A stretch of DNA of 64,000 nucleotides from contig JANYEI010000212.1 of the NCBI GenBank assembly GCA_025363205.1, positions 16,854-80,853 on the forward strand, read 5' to 3'. The stretch is from Frigoribacterium sp. GTDB lineage: Bacteria > Actinomycetota > Actinomycetes > Actinomycetales > Microbacteriaceae. The position numbers and the translations under genes are program-made. Below the pieces are notes generated by a model, which searched no databases, was not told where the DNA came from, and saw nothing but the letters and a program-made list of their open reading frames with translations. Below, piece by piece: positions 35,045-46,718 of this stretch (positions within the stretch are counted from its first letter, which is position 1; the number at the start of each line of letters is the position of its first letter).

Positions 35045-36448
35045 GTGATCTCTCTCACGCTTGCCGAAATCTCGGCGGCCGTCGGCGGCACCCTTCGCCT
35101 CGCATCCGGCTCCCATGACTTCGACGACGTCTCCGGCACGGTGCAGACCGATTCGCGGCTTGTCACCTCCGGATCGATCTTCATCGCCCTGCCCGGCGAG
35201 GTATCCAATGGCCACCTGTTCGCTCAGGCCGCGATCGACAACGGTGCCGTCGTGCTGCTCGTCGACCATCAACTCGAACTCGCGGTGTCTCAGGTCGTGG
35301 TCGAGGACACCCTTACTGCCCTCGCCGATCTCGCTCGATTTGTCGTCGCAACTGTTCGTGCCAAGGGAGCGCTCAAGGTCATCGGTATCACCGGATCGAA
35401 CGGCAAGACCACCACCAAGAACATGCTGCGCGCGGTGCTCGAGACCGCCGGCACCACCATCGCCCCTCCCGGCTCCTTCAACAACCAGGTCGGGGCGCCG
35501 CTCTCGATGCTCTCTATCGACCTCGACACGCGCTTCCTCGTGGTGGAGATGGGAGCGTCCGGGATCGGTGACATTGCCCGAACCGTCGGGATCGCCATCC
35601 CCGACATCTCGGTCGTGCTCAAGGTCGGTCTTGCTCATGCGGGCGAGTTCGGCGGCATTGAGCAGACCCAGCGGGCAAAGTCTGAGATCGTGGCGCAGCT
35701 GCCGGCCGATGCCGTCGCGATTCTCAATCGGGACGACGAACGCGTCGCCGCGATGGCTTCCCTCACGAAGGCCCGCACGGTCTGGTTCGGATTGGACGCC
35801 TCGGCAGACGTGCGCGCGGATGACCTGCGCGCCACCGCCTCCGGCACCGCGTTCACGCTCATCGAGGGCGACCTCCACCGGCCGGTGCTGCTGCGGATCC
35901 TCGGAGAGCATCACGTGATGAATGCCCTCGCGACCCTCGCGGTCGCCCGTGAGCTCGGTGTCGACCTCGACACGGCCATCACCGCCCTCGAATCGGTGCC
36001 GCGTGCCGAACGCTGGCGTATGGAGGTGCTGACCCGATCGGACGGCATTCTCGTGATCAATGACGCCTACAACGCGAGCCCCGACTCGATGTCAGCCGCA
36101 CTCAAGACCCTCGCCCAGATCATCGAGCCGGGCCAGCGTTCCATCGCGATCCTCGGTGAGATGGCGGAGCTTGGAGAGATTTCCAATGAGGAACACGATC
36201 GCATCGGTCGGCTCGTCGTGCGCCTCAACATCCAGAAACTCATCGTGGTGGGCCACGGTGCCAGGCACATCCATAATGCTGCCGGGCTGGAAGGCTCGTG
36301 GGACGGGGAGTCGATGCTCGTCGCAACAGCCGACGAGGCTTACGATCGGATTCGCGATGACCTGCGCGCGGGCGATGTCGTGCTCGTGAAATCGTCGAAG
36401 TCCGCCAATCTCCGCTTTCTCGGTGACCGGATTGGCGAGGTGTCGTAG
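35045..36448 (+). CDS. murF: UDP-N-acetylmuramoyl-tripeptide-D-alanyl-D-alanine ligase
   Basis: 467 aa. GITGSNGKTTTK P-loop. GTG start immediately after the murE stop. Confidence 0.9.
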   Translation: MISLTLAEISAAVGGTLRLASGSHDFDDVSGTVQTDSRLVTSGSIFIALPGEVSNGHLFAQAAIDNGAVVLLVDHQLELAVSQVVVEDTLTALADLARFVVATVRAKGALKVIGITGSNGKTTTKNMLRAVLETAGTTIAPPGSFNNQVGAPLSMLSIDLDTRFLVVEMGASGIGDIARTVGIAIPDISVVLKVGLAHAGEFGGIEQTQRAKSEIVAQLPADAVAILNRDDERVAAMASLTKARTVWFGLDASADVRADDLRATASGTAFTLIEGDLHRPVLLRILGEHHVMNALATLAVARELGVDLDTAITALESVPRAERWRMEVLTRSDGILVINDAYNASPDSMSAALKTLAQIIEPGQRSIAILGEMAELGEISNEEHDRIGRLVVRLNIQKLIVVGHGARHIHNAAGLEGSWDGESMLVATADEAYDRIRDDLRAGDVVLVKSSKSANLRFLGDRIGEVS

Positions 36449-37552
36449 GTGATCGCACTTCTCACCGCCGGTGGTGTCGGCATGGTCTTTACTCTTCTGT
36501 TGACCCCGCTGTTCGCGAGAACCTTCCGTCGCCTCAAGCTCGGCCAGTTCATTCGCGCCGATACTCCGACGGCCCACGTGATGAAGCGGGGAACGCCGTC
36601 CATGGGCGGCATCGTTTTCATTACAGCGTCCATCGTGGGCTACCTCGTCGGTCATCTCGTGGGCGGGGACTCCGTCTCGGGCGTTGGCCTCCTCACGCTC
36701 GCCATGATGGCAGGACTCGGTTTCATCGGCTTTATCGATGACTTCCTCAAGGTGAAGCGGCAAAACAGCATCGGTCTCGCTGGCGGCTACAAGATCCTCG
36801 GAACCGTGATAATCGCGATTATCTTCGGAATCATCGCCTTGACCTATCGCGACGCCAATAAACGCGCGCCCGCATCGACAGCCATCTCGTTTGTGCGCGA
36901 CCTCAACTTCGACTTCGTTACCGTCTTCGGGGTGACCGCCGGCATTACCATCTTCGTTGTCTGGATCGTGCTCATCACCACTGCGACTACCAACGCGGTT
37001 AATCTTGCCGATGGACTGGATGGCCTGGCGGCCGGTGCGTCTATTTTCGCGATCGGCTCCTATGTCATCATCGGGTTTTGGCAGTCCAACCAGTCCTGTT
37101 TCAGCACGAAAATTCAAGATGCCAACCTGTTCAAGTGCTACACCGTCTCCCGTCCGCTCGATATCGCGGTGGTCGCGGCGGCGATCGTCGGCTCGCTCAT
37201 CGGCTTTTTGTGGTGGAACACCTCGCCAGCCCAGGTCCATATGGGCGACACCGGGTCGTTCGGACTCGGCGGGGCCCTCGCTGCCCTTGCCATTCTCTCC
37301 CGCACCGAACTGCTCCTCATTCTGATCGGCGGCCTGTTCCTCATCATCACCGGCCAGGTAATCGTGCAGCGCATTTACTTCAAAGCCACCCGAGGCAAAC
37401 GCATCTGGCGCGCGAGTCCGCTTCATCACCACTTCGAGATGAAGGGCTGGGCAGAGGTCACGATCGTCGTGCGCTTCTGGATCATCTCCGGCCTCTTCGT
37501 GGCGGCCGGCGTCGGCACGTTCTATCTCGAATGGCTCTCGCGGGTTCGCTGA
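36449..37552 (+). CDS. mraY: Phospho-N-acetylmuramoyl-pentapeptide transferase
   Basis: 367 aa, polytopic. NAVNLADGLDGLAAG motif. GTG start abuts the murF stop. Confidence 0.92.
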   Translation: MIALLTAGGVGMVFTLLLTPLFARTFRRLKLGQFIRADTPTAHVMKRGTPSMGGIVFITASIVGYLVGHLVGGDSVSGVGLLTLAMMAGLGFIGFIDDFLKVKRQNSIGLAGGYKILGTVIIAIIFGIIALTYRDANKRAPASTAISFVRDLNFDFVTVFGVTAGITIFVVWIVLITTATTNAVNLADGLDGLAAGASIFAIGSYVIIGFWQSNQSCFSTKIQDANLFKCYTVSRPLDIAVVAAAIVGSLIGFLWWNTSPAQVHMGDTGSFGLGGALAALAILSRTELLLILIGGLFLIITGQVIVQRIYFKATRGKRIWRASPLHHHFEMKGWAEVTIVVRFWIISGLFVAAGVGTFYLEWLSRVR

Positions 37553-39093
37553 TGACACGAACTGCGGATGACGTTGCGGCCCTCACGGGATGGAACGCGC
37601 ACTGGGCGGGGCTGCGGGTTGCCGTGCTCGGCCTCGGTCTGACCGGATTCTCGGTTGCGGACACGCTCGCGGAGCTCGGCGCAGAGCTCGTCGTACTCGC
37701 CAATCGCGCCGATAACGAGACCGCCGACCTGCTGGGGGTGATCGGGGTGCGCCTGGCGCTCACCGATCTGGAGTCCGAGCTCGCCAACTTCGCCCCGGAG
37801 CTCGTGGTGGTGTCGCCAGGATTTGCCCCCACGCATCCGCTCGTCGCCTGGGCAACGGCGGGGGGCATTCCCGTCTGGGGGGATGTCGAGCTGGCGTGGC
37901 GCCTGCGTGATCGATCGGGCACCGTGGCCGAGTGGATCGCAATCACCGGCACCAACGGCAAGACGACCACGACCCAGCTGACCACCGCAATGCTCATTGC
38001 GGGAGGCAGGCGAGCGATCGCCTGCGGCAACGTGGGCATTCCTGTGCTCGATGCGGTGCGCGACCCGACCGGTTTCGACGTGCTGGTCGTGGAGCTTTCG
38101 AGCTTCCAGCTGCATTACCTCCAGTCGATGTCGCCGTTCTCGAGTGTCTGTCTTAACCTGGCCGCCGATCACCTCGATTGGCACGGGTCCGCCGAGGCCT
38201 ACCGCGCGGCAAAGGGTAGCGTCTACGAGCGCACCAGGGTGGCGTGCGTGTACAACCTCGAAGACGACTCCACCCGAGAACTGGTCGAAGAAGCCGAAGT
38301 GGTGGAAGGATGCCGCGCCATCGGATTTGGACGCGGACTTCCCGGTCCGAGCGACGTTGGCCTTGTCAACGAGATCGTGGTTGATCGAGCATTCCTCGCC
38401 GACGGTTGGCGTGCGGCCACCGAGCTCACTACGGTGCCTGAACTCGAGGCCGTTGGGCTCGGGTCGCCGCACATGATTGCGAATGTGCTTGCGGCATCCG
38501 CTCTCGCCCGATCGTTCGGGGTGGCGCCCGGCGACATCCGCTCCGCTCTGCAGGCCTTCCGAATGGACCATCACCGCACCGAAACGATTCTCGAGCGCGA
38601 CGGCATCCGTTGGGTGAATGACTCGAAGGCCACCAACCCGCACGCGGCCCAGGCCGCTTTGGAATCCTTCGATTCCGTGGTGTGGGTCGTCGGCGGGCTG
38701 CTCAAGGGGGTCGACATCGCCGGACTAGTCTCGGCCAACGTTGCGCGCCTGCGCGCCGCCATCGTCATCGGCACCGACCGCACGGCTCTGCGGGATGCGT
38801 TCGCGCGACACGCGCCGAAGCTGCCGGTGTTCGAGGTCGCCACCGCTGACACTAAGGAGGTAATGCCGATGGTCGTGAGTCTGTCGGCCGCGGCCGCCCG
38901 ACCCGGCGACACTGTTCTGCTCGCACCGGCGGCGGCTTCAATGGACCAGTTCACCGATTACGCCGACCGGGGCAACCGGTTCGCAGACGCAGTACGAGAA
39001 ACAGTCGCGGCAAGAGAAACAGACGCAGCACGAGACAAAGACAGGGGGTTCACGGATGACATCCAGCCCTCCGCACCCACGGTCGAAGACTAA
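37552..39093 (+). CDS. murD: UDP-N-acetylmuramoylalanine-D-glutamate ligase
   Basis: Start taken at ATG 37552 (TGATG overlap with the mraY stop; the track ORF from 37078 runs through mraY in another frame). ITGTNGKTTTT P-loop. 513 aa with a charged C-terminal tail. Confidence 0.88.
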   Translation: MTRTADDVAALTGWNAHWAGLRVAVLGLGLTGFSVADTLAELGAELVVLANRADNETADLLGVIGVRLALTDLESELANFAPELVVVSPGFAPTHPLVAWATAGGIPVWGDVELAWRLRDRSGTVAEWIAITGTNGKTTTTQLTTAMLIAGGRRAIACGNVGIPVLDAVRDPTGFDVLVVELSSFQLHYLQSMSPFSSVCLNLAADHLDWHGSAEAYRAAKGSVYERTRVACVYNLEDDSTRELVEEAEVVEGCRAIGFGRGLPGPSDVGLVNEIVVDRAFLADGWRAATELTTVPELEAVGLGSPHMIANVLAASALARSFGVAPGDIRSALQAFRMDHHRTETILERDGIRWVNDSKATNPHAAQAALESFDSVVWVVGGLLKGVDIAGLVSANVARLRAAIVIGTDRTALRDAFARHAPKLPVFEVATADTKEVMPMVVSLSAAAARPGDTVLLAPAAASMDQFTDYADRGNRFADAVRETVAARETDAARDKDRGFTDDIQPSAPTVED

Positions 39094-40315
39094 ACCGGCG
39101 GCGCGCCCCATCCCTCCGGTCGCAGCGACCGATTCCCACGGTCCCGCAGCTGTCGTCGCGGTCAAGCGGCTCTTCGCTGCCGAGACCGGCAACTACTTCC
39201 TGCTGCTTGGCACGACCCTCTTCCTCGTGGTCTTTGGCCTGATCATGGTGTTGTCGTCCTCGGCCGTCGAGTCATTCAAAGCGAGCGGCGATTTCTTCAA
39301 CGGCTTTGTGCGCCAGGTGGTCTTTGCGGCGATCGGAGTGCCGCTGATGCTCATTGCGGCTCGGATGCGCGCGAGCTTTTGGAAGCGCTGGTCGGGAATC
39401 TTCCTGCTGATAGCGCTTGGGTTGCAGTTCTTGACCGTCGCCACGCCGCTCGGATCCGAGCGCGGTGGTAACCGAAATTGGATCGCTATCGGCGCGTTCA
39501 GCGGACAGCCGTCTGAGTTCGTGAAGCTCGCTCTGGTGATCTGGCTCGGTTACATCCTGTTCAAGAAGCGCGAGGTGATGGACAACTGGCGCGAACTGGT
39601 TGTGCCGCTCGTGCCGATCGGTGGGGCGGCCATTGGACTGGTCCTCCTCGGCGGGGATCTCGGAACGTCGATCATCCTCACCGCGATCGTGATGGGCGCG
39701 ATCTTCTTCGCGGGCGTCAAACTCCGTTTTCTTGCGGTGCCGATCGTGCTCATCGGCATCGCCGGAGCCATCGCCGCTTCGGCAAGGAGTTCTCGCCTGG
39801 ACCGAATTCAGGCCTTTCTCAACGGCTGCAAGTCGGCCGATGACCATCTGGGCAACTGCTGGCAGACCGTGCACGGCTGGTGGGCGCTAGCTTCTGGTGG
39901 CCTTTTCGGTTCGGGGCTCGGCAATTCTAAAGCCAAGTGGTCGTGGCTGCCCGAGGCGGACAACGACTTTATCTTCGCGATCATCGGCGAAGAACTCGGA
40001 CTTCTCGGAGCCATCCTCGTGCTTGCGCTCTTCATCGTGCTTGCCATTTCGTTCGTGCGCATCATCCGCGCGAGTTCTGACCCTTTCGCCCGGGTGACGG
40101 TGAGTGCCGTGATGGTCTGGATCGTCGGTCAGGCGTTCGTCAACATCGCGGTGGTGCTCGGCGTCCTGCCGGTGCTCGGGGTGCCGCTGCCCCTGATTTC
40201 CGCGGGCGGCTCGGCGTTGGTCACCACACTCCTCGGAATCGGGATCGTGCTGTCCTTCGCCCGCCACGCCCCGGATGCCGCACCCGCGATCGCGACCGGC
40301 GGACGCCTGAGGTGA
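39056..40315 (+). CDS. ftsW: SEDS-family peptidoglycan glycosyltransferase FtsW
   Basis: 419 aa, about 10 TM. SEDS blocks (GQPSEFVKL, DNDFIFAIIGEELG, PLISAGGS). ATG 39056 would overlap murD by 38 nt. Confidence 0.88.
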   Translation: MTSSPPHPRSKTKPAARPIPPVAATDSHGPAAVVAVKRLFAAETGNYFLLLGTTLFLVVFGLIMVLSSSAVESFKASGDFFNGFVRQVVFAAIGVPLMLIAARMRASFWKRWSGIFLLIALGLQFLTVATPLGSERGGNRNWIAIGAFSGQPSEFVKLALVIWLGYILFKKREVMDNWRELVVPLVPIGGAAIGLVLLGGDLGTSIILTAIVMGAIFFAGVKLRFLAVPIVLIGIAGAIAASARSSRLDRIQAFLNGCKSADDHLGNCWQTVHGWWALASGGLFGSGLGNSKAKWSWLPEADNDFIFAIIGEELGLLGAILVLALFIVLAISFVRIIRASSDPFARVTVSAVMVWIVGQAFVNIAVVLGVLPVLGVPLPLISAGGSALVTTLLGIGIVLSFARHAPDAAPAIATGGRLR

Positions 40316-41403
40316 CGCGGTACCTCCTCGCTGGCGGGGGAACGGCCGGCCACGTGAACCCCCTTCTCGCCGTCGCCGACCGCATCCTCGCGCGTGAACC
40401 GGATGCGGTCATCCTGGTGCTTGGCACGGCAGAGGGGCTGGAGTCCCGACTGGTGCCCGCTCGGGGCTTTGACCTGCTGGTCGTTGCCCGCCTGCCCTTT
40501 CCCCGCCGCCCTAATTCATCCGCGGTGCGTTTCCCCGCCCAATTCGCCCGACTGGTAGAGGAAATCCGCGCTCTGATCCGTGAACACCACATCGATGTGG
40601 TCGTCGGGTTCGGTGGCTACGTCTCCGCTCCCGCCTATCTTGCGGCGCGCCGGGAGCGGGTGGCGATCGCAATCCACGAGGCGAACGCCCGGCCAGGAAT
40701 GGCGAATCGGCTTGGCGCCCGGCTCACGCGGTTCGTCGGCACCGCCTTTCGCTCCGCCCGCCTTCCGCACGCCCGCTTCGTCGGAATGCCGCTGCGCCGG
40801 GAGATCGAATCTCTTGATCGACCGGGAGAAAGGGGAGAGGCGCTCGATTTCTTCGGACTCTCGCCGTCGCGACCAACTCTGCTCGTGACCGGCGGCTCGC
40901 AGGGCGCCCGGCATATCAACGACACGGTGAACGCGGCAGCGGCGACCATCATCGGCGCCGGCTGGCAGATCCTGCACGTCACGGGGGAGCGATCGCCTCT
41001 TCCTCCCACCGGGTTGGCACACTACCTCCTTGTGCCCTATTGCGACCGCATGGACCTCGCCCTCGCCGCGGCAGATCTCGCCGTTGCGCGGGCCGGAGCC
41101 GCGACCGTGAGCGAGTTCAGTGCCCTCGGGGTACCCGCGGTCTACGTGCCCCTCGCCATCGGAAACGGCGAGCAGCGGCTCAACGCCCGGGATGTCGTCG
41201 ATGCCGGCGGGGCGTTGATCGTGGAAAACGCCGAATTCACCCCCCGCTGGATCCTCGATCACCTTGTGCCGCTTCTCGAGGACCGTGCGCGCATCGCCGG
41301 CATGGCCGCGCGCACCCTTCCGGTTGGCGTGCTCGATGGAGCGGATCGCATGGTCGACCTCGTCGAGGATGCTCTCGCCTCCACCGTAGGTTTGAGCACG
41401 TGA
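40312..41403 (+). CDS. murG: UDP-N-acetylglucosamine-N-acetylmuramyl-(pentapeptide) pyrophosphoryl-undecaprenol GlcNAc transferase
   Basis: 363 aa. [10 protein letters not shown] motif. GTGA overlap with the ftsW stop. Confidence 0.9.
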   Translation: MTRYLLAGGGTAGHVNPLLAVADRILAREPDAVILVLGTAEGLESRLVPARGFDLLVVARLPFPRRPNSSAVRFPAQFARLVEEIRALIREHHIDVVVGFGGYVSAPAYLAARRERVAIAIHEANARPGMANRLGARLTRFVGTAFRSARLPHARFVGMPLRREIESLDRPGERGEALDFFGLSPSRPTLLVTGGSQGARHINDTVNAAAATIIGAGWQILHVTGERSPLPPTGLAHYLLVPYCDRMDLALAAADLAVARAGAATVSEFSALGVPAVYVPLAIGNGEQRLNARDVVDAGGALIVENAEFTPRWILDHLVPLLEDRARIAGMAARTLPVGVLDGADRMVDLVEDALASTVGLST

Positions 41404-42818
41404 TCAAGTCAGACTTTTCCCAAACCGTGCCAGCCGACCTCGGCCGGGTTCATTTTGTCGGCATCGGTGGCGCGGGTATGAGTGGCATTGCTCGTCTCTT
41501 TCTCGAGGCCGGCCTGCCGGTAACCGGGTCGGATATCCGCGCGACGGAGAGCGTTGAAGCGCTTCGCGCAATCGGAGTCCCGGTGGCGATCGGTCACGCC
41601 GCTGCCAACATCGAGGGCGCAGATACGCTCATCGTGACGGGAGCAATCGCCGAAGACAATCCTGAATACCTCGCCGCCCGCGAGCGGGGCCTTCCGATCG
41701 TGCATCGCGCCAAGGCTCTCGCCTGGCTCACCCGCAACCATCGCGTCGTCGCGGTCGCCGGCGCCCACGGCAAGACCACCTCGACGGCGATGATCGTCAC
41801 CGCGATGCTCGCGCTCGAGGCCGATCCGAGTTTCGTTAACGGGGGAGTGATTCGCTCGCTCGGCGTGAGCGCGGCCACCGGCACCGGTGACACATTCGTG
41901 GTGGAGGCGGACGAGTCCGACGGCTCTTTCCTGCTCTACGACACTGCGATCGCACTCATCACCAATGTCGACCCCGATCACCTCGATCACTACGGCTCGG
42001 AGCAGGCATTCGAAGAGGCGTTCGTGAGGTTCGCGCGCGCTGCGTCCGAGCGGGTCGTCATTTCCAGCGACGATCCACGCGCGATCGCCGTCTCCGGCCG
42101 CTTGGGCGACCGCAGCGTGCTCACCTTTGGGCAACATGCGGATGCCGACATCCGGCTGCATTCGATCGACAGCACCGATACGGTCGCCTTCGCCCTCCGC
42201 TATCAGGGCGCCGATTTCACCACCCGCCTTCGTGTTGCCGGGCTTCACAATGCGATCAATGCGGCCGGGGCTTTCGGAGTGCTCGTTTCGCTCGGCTTCG
42301 AACCACAGTCCTCCCTCGACGCGATCGCACTGTTCGACGGCACGGAGCGTCGATTCGAGTGGCGCGGCAGCGTAGGCGGGGTCAGCGTCTACGACGACTT
42401 CGCGCACCACCCCACCGAAATCAGGGCCGCTCTCTCCGGCGCGCGCGGAGCAGTGGGTGCTGGCCGCCTCATCCCGATCTTCCAGCCGCATCTCTACTCA
42501 CGCACCAGGCAGATGGCTGCCGAGTTCGCTCAGACATTTGAGTCGCTCGCCGACATTACGATCGTCGTGCCAATCTACGGGGCGCGCCAGGAGCCGGAGC
42601 CCGGAGTCACCGGTGAGCTCATCACTCGACTATTCCGCGACAAGTCGCTTGTGCGATATTTCGACGAGTGGCAGGACGCCGTTGACTGTGCCGCCTCACT
42701 GGCGGCAGAGGGTGACTTCGTCATACCGATGGGTGGCGGCGACATCTACCGGATCATTCCACAACTCCTCGACGCCCTCGCGCTCCAGCTTGGGGCGACC
42801 AGTCCCGGGGCTCGATGA
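41400..42818 (+). CDS. murC: UDP-N-acetylmuramate-L-alanine (or glycine) ligase
   Basis: Start taken at GTG 41400 (GTGA overlap with the murG stop; the track ORF from 41040 overlaps murG). [14 protein letters not shown] and [11 protein letters not shown] motifs. Confidence 0.9.
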   Translation: MIKSDFSQTVPADLGRVHFVGIGGAGMSGIARLFLEAGLPVTGSDIRATESVEALRAIGVPVAIGHAAANIEGADTLIVTGAIAEDNPEYLAARERGLPIVHRAKALAWLTRNHRVVAVAGAHGKTTSTAMIVTAMLALEADPSFVNGGVIRSLGVSAATGTGDTFVVEADESDGSFLLYDTAIALITNVDPDHLDHYGSEQAFEEAFVRFARAASERVVISSDDPRAIAVSGRLGDRSVLTFGQHADADIRLHSIDSTDTVAFALRYQGADFTTRLRVAGLHNAINAAGAFGVLVSLGFEPQSSLDAIALFDGTERRFEWRGSVGGVSVYDDFAHHPTEIRAALSGARGAVGAGRLIPIFQPHLYSRTRQMAAEFAQTFESLADITIVVPIYGARQEPEPGVTGELITRLFRDKSLVRYFDEWQDAVDCAASLAAEGDFVIPMGGGDIYRIIPQLLDALALQLGATSPGAR

Positions 42819-43810
42819 AGCGGCCGGAGGGCTTCGACCGCCCGCCCGCCTCGACCACGGGAGCGACCCCCGCGCGCACAACTCACACAAAGAAACCCGA
42901 CGCGCCGGAGGCAACTCAGCCACACCGACCTGCCACGCCGAAGCCGGCATTGCGAGGGGAAGCCCCTGCGGCAATCCCCGAGCCGACCGTACCCACTCGC
43001 CGCAGGCACACACGACGGGTCTCCACCGCTGAACCTCCGCTGGGAGCGGCGGCCCGACACGATTTGAAGCGCGCTGAAAAGGCGCGCCGAGCCTATGAAC
43101 GCGGGGAAGCGCGTCGATTCACGCGGCGCTCGCGCCGTCGGCGTCTCACCTGGATTGTGAGCGGGGCATCCCTTCTGCTGGTGGTCAGTTTCGTCACGGG
43201 AGCGGTCTATTCACCGCTCCTCTCCCTCAAGACCATCCAGGTCGAGGGTGCGTCGCGGGTGAGCTCGGCGAGCGTGCGTACTGCCGTAGAAGCACAACTC
43301 GGTCGGCCGCTCGCGCTTGTCGACTTTGACTCGATCACTCGATCACTCAGCAAGTTTCCCTTGATCCGCAGCTTCGTCACCGAGACAGTACCTCCCGACA
43401 CGCTGATCATCCGGATCGCGGAACGAGCGCCCATCGCCACTGTCGCGACGTCGAGCGGCTTCTCTGTCGTCGACCCGGCAGGCATCGTGATCGATAGCGG
43501 GGCAGCACGCCAGCCCGGCTTCCCGCTCATAGAGCTCGGGGCGGCGACGAGCGGCAGTCCGGCCTTCACGGCATCAGTCGGGGTGCTGCTCGCGCTGCCG
43601 CTCAAACTTCTCAAACAGGTCGACACGGTCACGGCCCAGACCTCGGATGACGTGACGCTGACTCTGACGGGCGGTCAGTCGGTGGTGTGGGGCAGCGTGG
43701 ATCAGTCGGCGCTCAAGGCCAAGGTTCTTGCGGCGGTCATCGCCGTCGGGGGCGCGACGACGAAGTACGACGTATCGGCACCGAATCATCCGGTGCTCGG
43801 CGTCAACTGA
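42815..43810 (+). CDS. ftsQ: Cell division protein FtsQ
   Basis: 331 aa. ATGA overlap with murC. About 110-aa basic/Pro-rich cytoplasmic N-terminus, one TM, then a POTRA-like segment ([21 protein letters not shown]). Confidence 0.85.
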   Translation: MKRPEGFDRPPASTTGATPARTTHTKKPDAPEATQPHRPATPKPALRGEAPAAIPEPTVPTRRRHTRRVSTAEPPLGAAARHDLKRAEKARRAYERGEARRFTRRSRRRRLTWIVSGASLLLVVSFVTGAVYSPLLSLKTIQVEGASRVSSASVRTAVEAQLGRPLALVDFDSITRSLSKFPLIRSFVTETVPPDTLIIRIAERAPIATVATSSGFSVVDPAGIVIDSGAARQPGFPLIELGAATSGSPAFTASVGVLLALPLKLLKQVDTVTAQTSDDVTLTLTGGQSVVWGSVDQSALKAKVLAAVIAVGGATTKYDVSAPNHPVLGVN

Positions 43811-43956
43811 GACCAATCTGATCGGCGACTTGGCGACACGCTGGACGGCCTCTCGGCGGCATCACGCCCGGTCCCTTAACTTCAAGACAAGAAACCTATA
43901 CCGGGCATAACATTAAGGCTCAGGTGGAGGTTGAAAGTTTCTACCGGAGGCCGGAC

Positions 43957-45108
43957 GTGACAACGAACCAAAACTACCTAGCCGTGATCAAGGTTGTCGG
44001 CATCGGCGGCGGCGGCGTCAACGCCGTCAACCGAATGATCGAACTCGGGCTGCGCGGTGTTGAATTCATCGCGATCAATACCGATGCGCAGGCCCTGCTG
44101 ATGAGCGACGCCGACGTCAAGCTCGACGTCGGTCGCGAGCTGACTCGCGGGCTCGGGGCCGGAGCAGATCCCGAAGTCGGCCGTCGCGCGGCGGAGGATC
44201 ACGCCGAGGAGATCGAGGAGGCACTCGCCGGCGCCGACATGGTGTTCGTGACCGCGGGTGAGGGCGGTGGAACCGGTACCGGTGGTGCGCCCGTCGTCGC
44301 GCGGATCGCCAAGTCGATCGGTGCGTTGACTATCGGTGTCGTCACGAGGCCGTTTGGGTTTGAAGGCAAACGCCGGGCCGCTCAGGCCGATGTGGGAATT
44401 TCCGCCCTCAAAAGCGAGGTCGACACACTCATCGTCGTGCCCAATGATCGCCTCCTCGAAATCAGCGACCGAGGCATCTCGTTTCTCGAGGCCTTCGCAA
44501 CCGCCGACCAGGTGCTCCTCGCTGGAGTTCAGGGCATTACCGACCTCATCACGACTCCCGGCCTGATCAATCTCGACTTCGCCGATGTCAAGTCGGTAAT
44601 GCAGGGTGCGGGATCTGCGCTCATGGGTATCGGCTCCAGTCGCGGCGCCGACCGGGCAATCAAGGCTGCGGAGCTCGCCGTTGCGAGCCCGCTGCTCGAA
44701 GCATCCATCGATGGAGCGCATGGAGTGTTGCTCTCGATTCAGGGTGGCTCCAATCTCGGAATTTTCGAGATCAACGACGCTGCGCGGCTCGTGCAGGAGG
44801 CCGTGCACCCCGAAGCAAACATCATCTTCGGTGCCGTCATCGATGACACCCTGGGAGACGAGGTTCGCGTAACGGTGATCGCCGCCGGATTCGACGGCGG
44901 CGAACCGGTCGTCAAGAAGGATGATCGCCGCGGCAATACCGGGGAGGTCACGGTTCCGGTTGCGGCCTTCGCCACCGCCGGTGCCGTCCAACCCGAGACG
45001 AGCAGCGTACCCAACTGGGCCGCAGAGTCCGAGGTGCCGACTGCTCAGAAGGACCCGGTCTTCGACGATGGCGACGACGATCTCGATGTCCCCGATTTCC
45101 TCAAGTAG
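43957..45108 (+). CDS. ftsZ: Cell division GTPase FtsZ
   Basis: Start at GTG 43957, 6 nt after GGAGG. Tubulin signature [10 protein letters not shown]. Conserved C-terminal [10 protein letters not shown] peptide. Confidence 0.95.
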   Translation: MTTNQNYLAVIKVVGIGGGGVNAVNRMIELGLRGVEFIAINTDAQALLMSDADVKLDVGRELTRGLGAGADPEVGRRAAEDHAEEIEEALAGADMVFVTAGEGGGTGTGGAPVVARIAKSIGALTIGVVTRPFGFEGKRRAAQADVGISALKSEVDTLIVVPNDRLLEISDRGISFLEAFATADQVLLAGVQGITDLITTPGLINLDFADVKSVMQGAGSALMGIGSSRGADRAIKAAELAVASPLLEASIDGAHGVLLSIQGGSNLGIFEINDAARLVQEAVHPEANIIFGAVIDDTLGDEVRVTVIAAGFDGGEPVVKKDDRRGNTGEVTVPVAAFATAGAVQPETSSVPNWAAESEVPTAQKDPVFDDGDDDLDVPDFLK

Positions 45109-45781
45109 CCCCTCCCTCGCCGAACGCCTGGACGAGGTTCGCGCGGGTGTGGCAGCAGCGGCAGCGGAGGCGGGGCGCGGTGTGGGCGACATCACGATGA
45201 TCGTCGTCACCAAGTTCTATCCGGCATCTCTCCTGCGAGAGCTGTACGCCCTCGGCGTGCGAGAGGTCGGAGAGAATCGCCACCAGGAGGCCCAGGCCAA
45301 GGCAGCTGAACTCGCGGACCTCGACTTGGGCTGGAACTTCATTGGCCAGCTTCAGAGTAAGAAGGCGAAGCAGGTGCGAGCGTATGCGCACTCGGTGCAT
45401 TCCCTTGACCGGGCATCCGTCATCGAAGCCCTCGGCAGCAGCGATGGCACGACGATCGAGTGTTTTGTGCAGCTCAATCTCACCGACGATCCGGGCCGCG
45501 GGGGCGTGCAGCCCGCCGACCTCGAGCGCACCACCGAACTGGTTCTCGCGACACCGGGTCTCGAACTCCTTGGCGTGATGGCGGTCGCCCCAGTGGGCGA
45601 AGAGCCCCGACCGGCGTTCGTGCGAGTGCGCGAGGCGTCCGAGCGGATGCGGCGGCTCGCGCCCGGAGCGCGTTACATTTCCACCGGGATGTCGGGCGAC
45701 TATCGCGAGGCCATTCTCGAGGGCGCGACACACCTGCGGATTGGTTCCGCAATCACGGGAAACCGCCCGACTGCCGGTTAA
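45086..45781 (+). CDS. yggS: YggS/YlmE-family pyridoxal phosphate homeostasis protein
   Basis: ITMIVVTKF (PLP Lys), [18 protein letters not shown]-like [21 protein letters not shown] 45086 (or 45068) overlaps the ftsZ 3' end. Confidence 0.85.
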   Translation: MSPISSSSPSLAERLDEVRAGVAAAAAEAGRGVGDITMIVVTKFYPASLLRELYALGVREVGENRHQEAQAKAAELADLDLGWNFIGQLQSKKAKQVRAYAHSVHSLDRASVIEALGSSDGTTIECFVQLNLTDDPGRGGVQPADLERTTELVLATPGLELLGVMAVAPVGEEPRPAFVRVREASERMRRLAPGARYISTGMSGDYREAILEGATHLRIGSAITGNRPTAG

Positions 45782-45816
45782 TCTGAACCCATCAGTTCCA
45801 TCACAGGAGGCACGTA

Positions 45817-46296
45817 ATGGCTAACCCACTTCGCAAGACCATGGTCTACCTTGGCCTCGCCGACGAGGAGTTCGACTACGAGGAGACCGCACCCGCGTCT
45901 CCGGCCCCGGTCGCACGTGAGTCGCACCTGGCGCCGCAGGCCACCGGTAACCGCGCCCCCGTCACCCCGCTCCGCCGTGCACCATCGCAGAAGAATGCCT
46001 CCCACGCTGATATGAACGAGATTCTCACCGTCCACCCTCGCCAGTACAAAGACGCCCAAGCCATCGCAGAGGCCTTCCGTGACGGCATCCCGGTGATCAT
46101 CAACCTTTCCCAGATGAGCGAGCCGGACGCACGTCGCCTCATCGACTTCGCGAGCGGTCTTTCCCAGGGCCTCTACGGCAAGATCGAGCGCGTAACGAGC
46201 AAGGTCTTCCTGTTGTCCCCGGCCCACGTTGCAGTCAGTGGTGACCAGGCTGCGATAGACCCAGAGGTCGACGCCTCGTTCTTCGCTCAATCCTGA
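45817..46296 (+). CDS. sepF: Cell division protein SepF
   Basis: 159 aa. [14 protein letters not shown] membrane-targeting N-terminus. C-terminal domain with [28 protein letters not shown]. Confidence 0.92.
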   Translation: MANPLRKTMVYLGLADEEFDYEETAPASPAPVARESHLAPQATGNRAPVTPLRRAPSQKNASHADMNEILTVHPRQYKDAQAIAEAFRDGIPVIINLSQMSEPDARRLIDFASGLSQGLYGKIERVTSKVFLLSPAHVAVSGDQAAIDPEVDASFFAQS

Positions 46297-46412
46297 GCGG
46301 GTCGGTCCGGTTCTCTGCGGGTCCGTGCGGTTCTTGGGAATCCCTGGCCGCTGCAGAGCGATCCACGTCGTCGCGGTATTTCATGGCATCCTTCTCGGCC
46401 TAGTCTGACAAA

Positions 46413-46718
46413 GTGACTTCGAACCCCCTCGCCATCCCGGCCAGCATTGCGTACTACCTGTTGTTGCTCTATTTCTTCGTGCTCTGGGGGCGCTTCATCC
46501 TTGATCTCGTCGCTAATTTCTCCCGAGGATGGCGTCCGCGCGGCTTCGGACTGGTGGTCTCCGAATTTGTTTTCGCCCTCAGCGATCCACCGATCAGACT
46601 CGTGCGGCGAGTGATCCCCACCATTCGTATCGGTGGCTTCGCGCTGGATTTCGCGTGGAGCATCGTCATGATTGTCACGCTGATTCTTTTGTCGGTCGCG
46701 TCCGCGCTCAGCGTCTAA
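46413..46718 (+). CDS. yggT: YggT-family membrane protein
   Basis: 101 aa with two hydrophobic spans. Conserved position between sepF and divIVA. GTG start. Confidence 0.8.
   Translation: MTSNPLAIPASIAYYLLLLYFFVLWGRFILDLVANFSRGWRPRGFGLVVSEFVFALSDPPIRLVRRVIPTIRIGGFALDFAWSIVMIVTLILLSVASALSV

Noticed and set aside
37078-37551. Extended N-terminal starts given by the ORF track for murD (37078), murC (41040), dnaE (49034), ctaD (60864), ctaC (59885), ftsZ (43924), fadD (20404), the M20 dipeptidase (57674) and the GH18-like gene (7733).
   Set aside because: The extensions overlap the preceding gene in another frame or add Arg/Pro-rich junk. Internal starts give canonical N-termini, often with an SD or with a 1-4-nt stop-start overlap.
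45109-45120. Absence of a yfiH/pgeF (laccase-domain) gene between ftsZ and yggS, which is present in the M. tuberculosis cluster (Rv2149c).
   Set aside because: The gene is variably present in actinobacterial dcw clusters and may be elsewhere in the genome, so this is not informative from this window alone.
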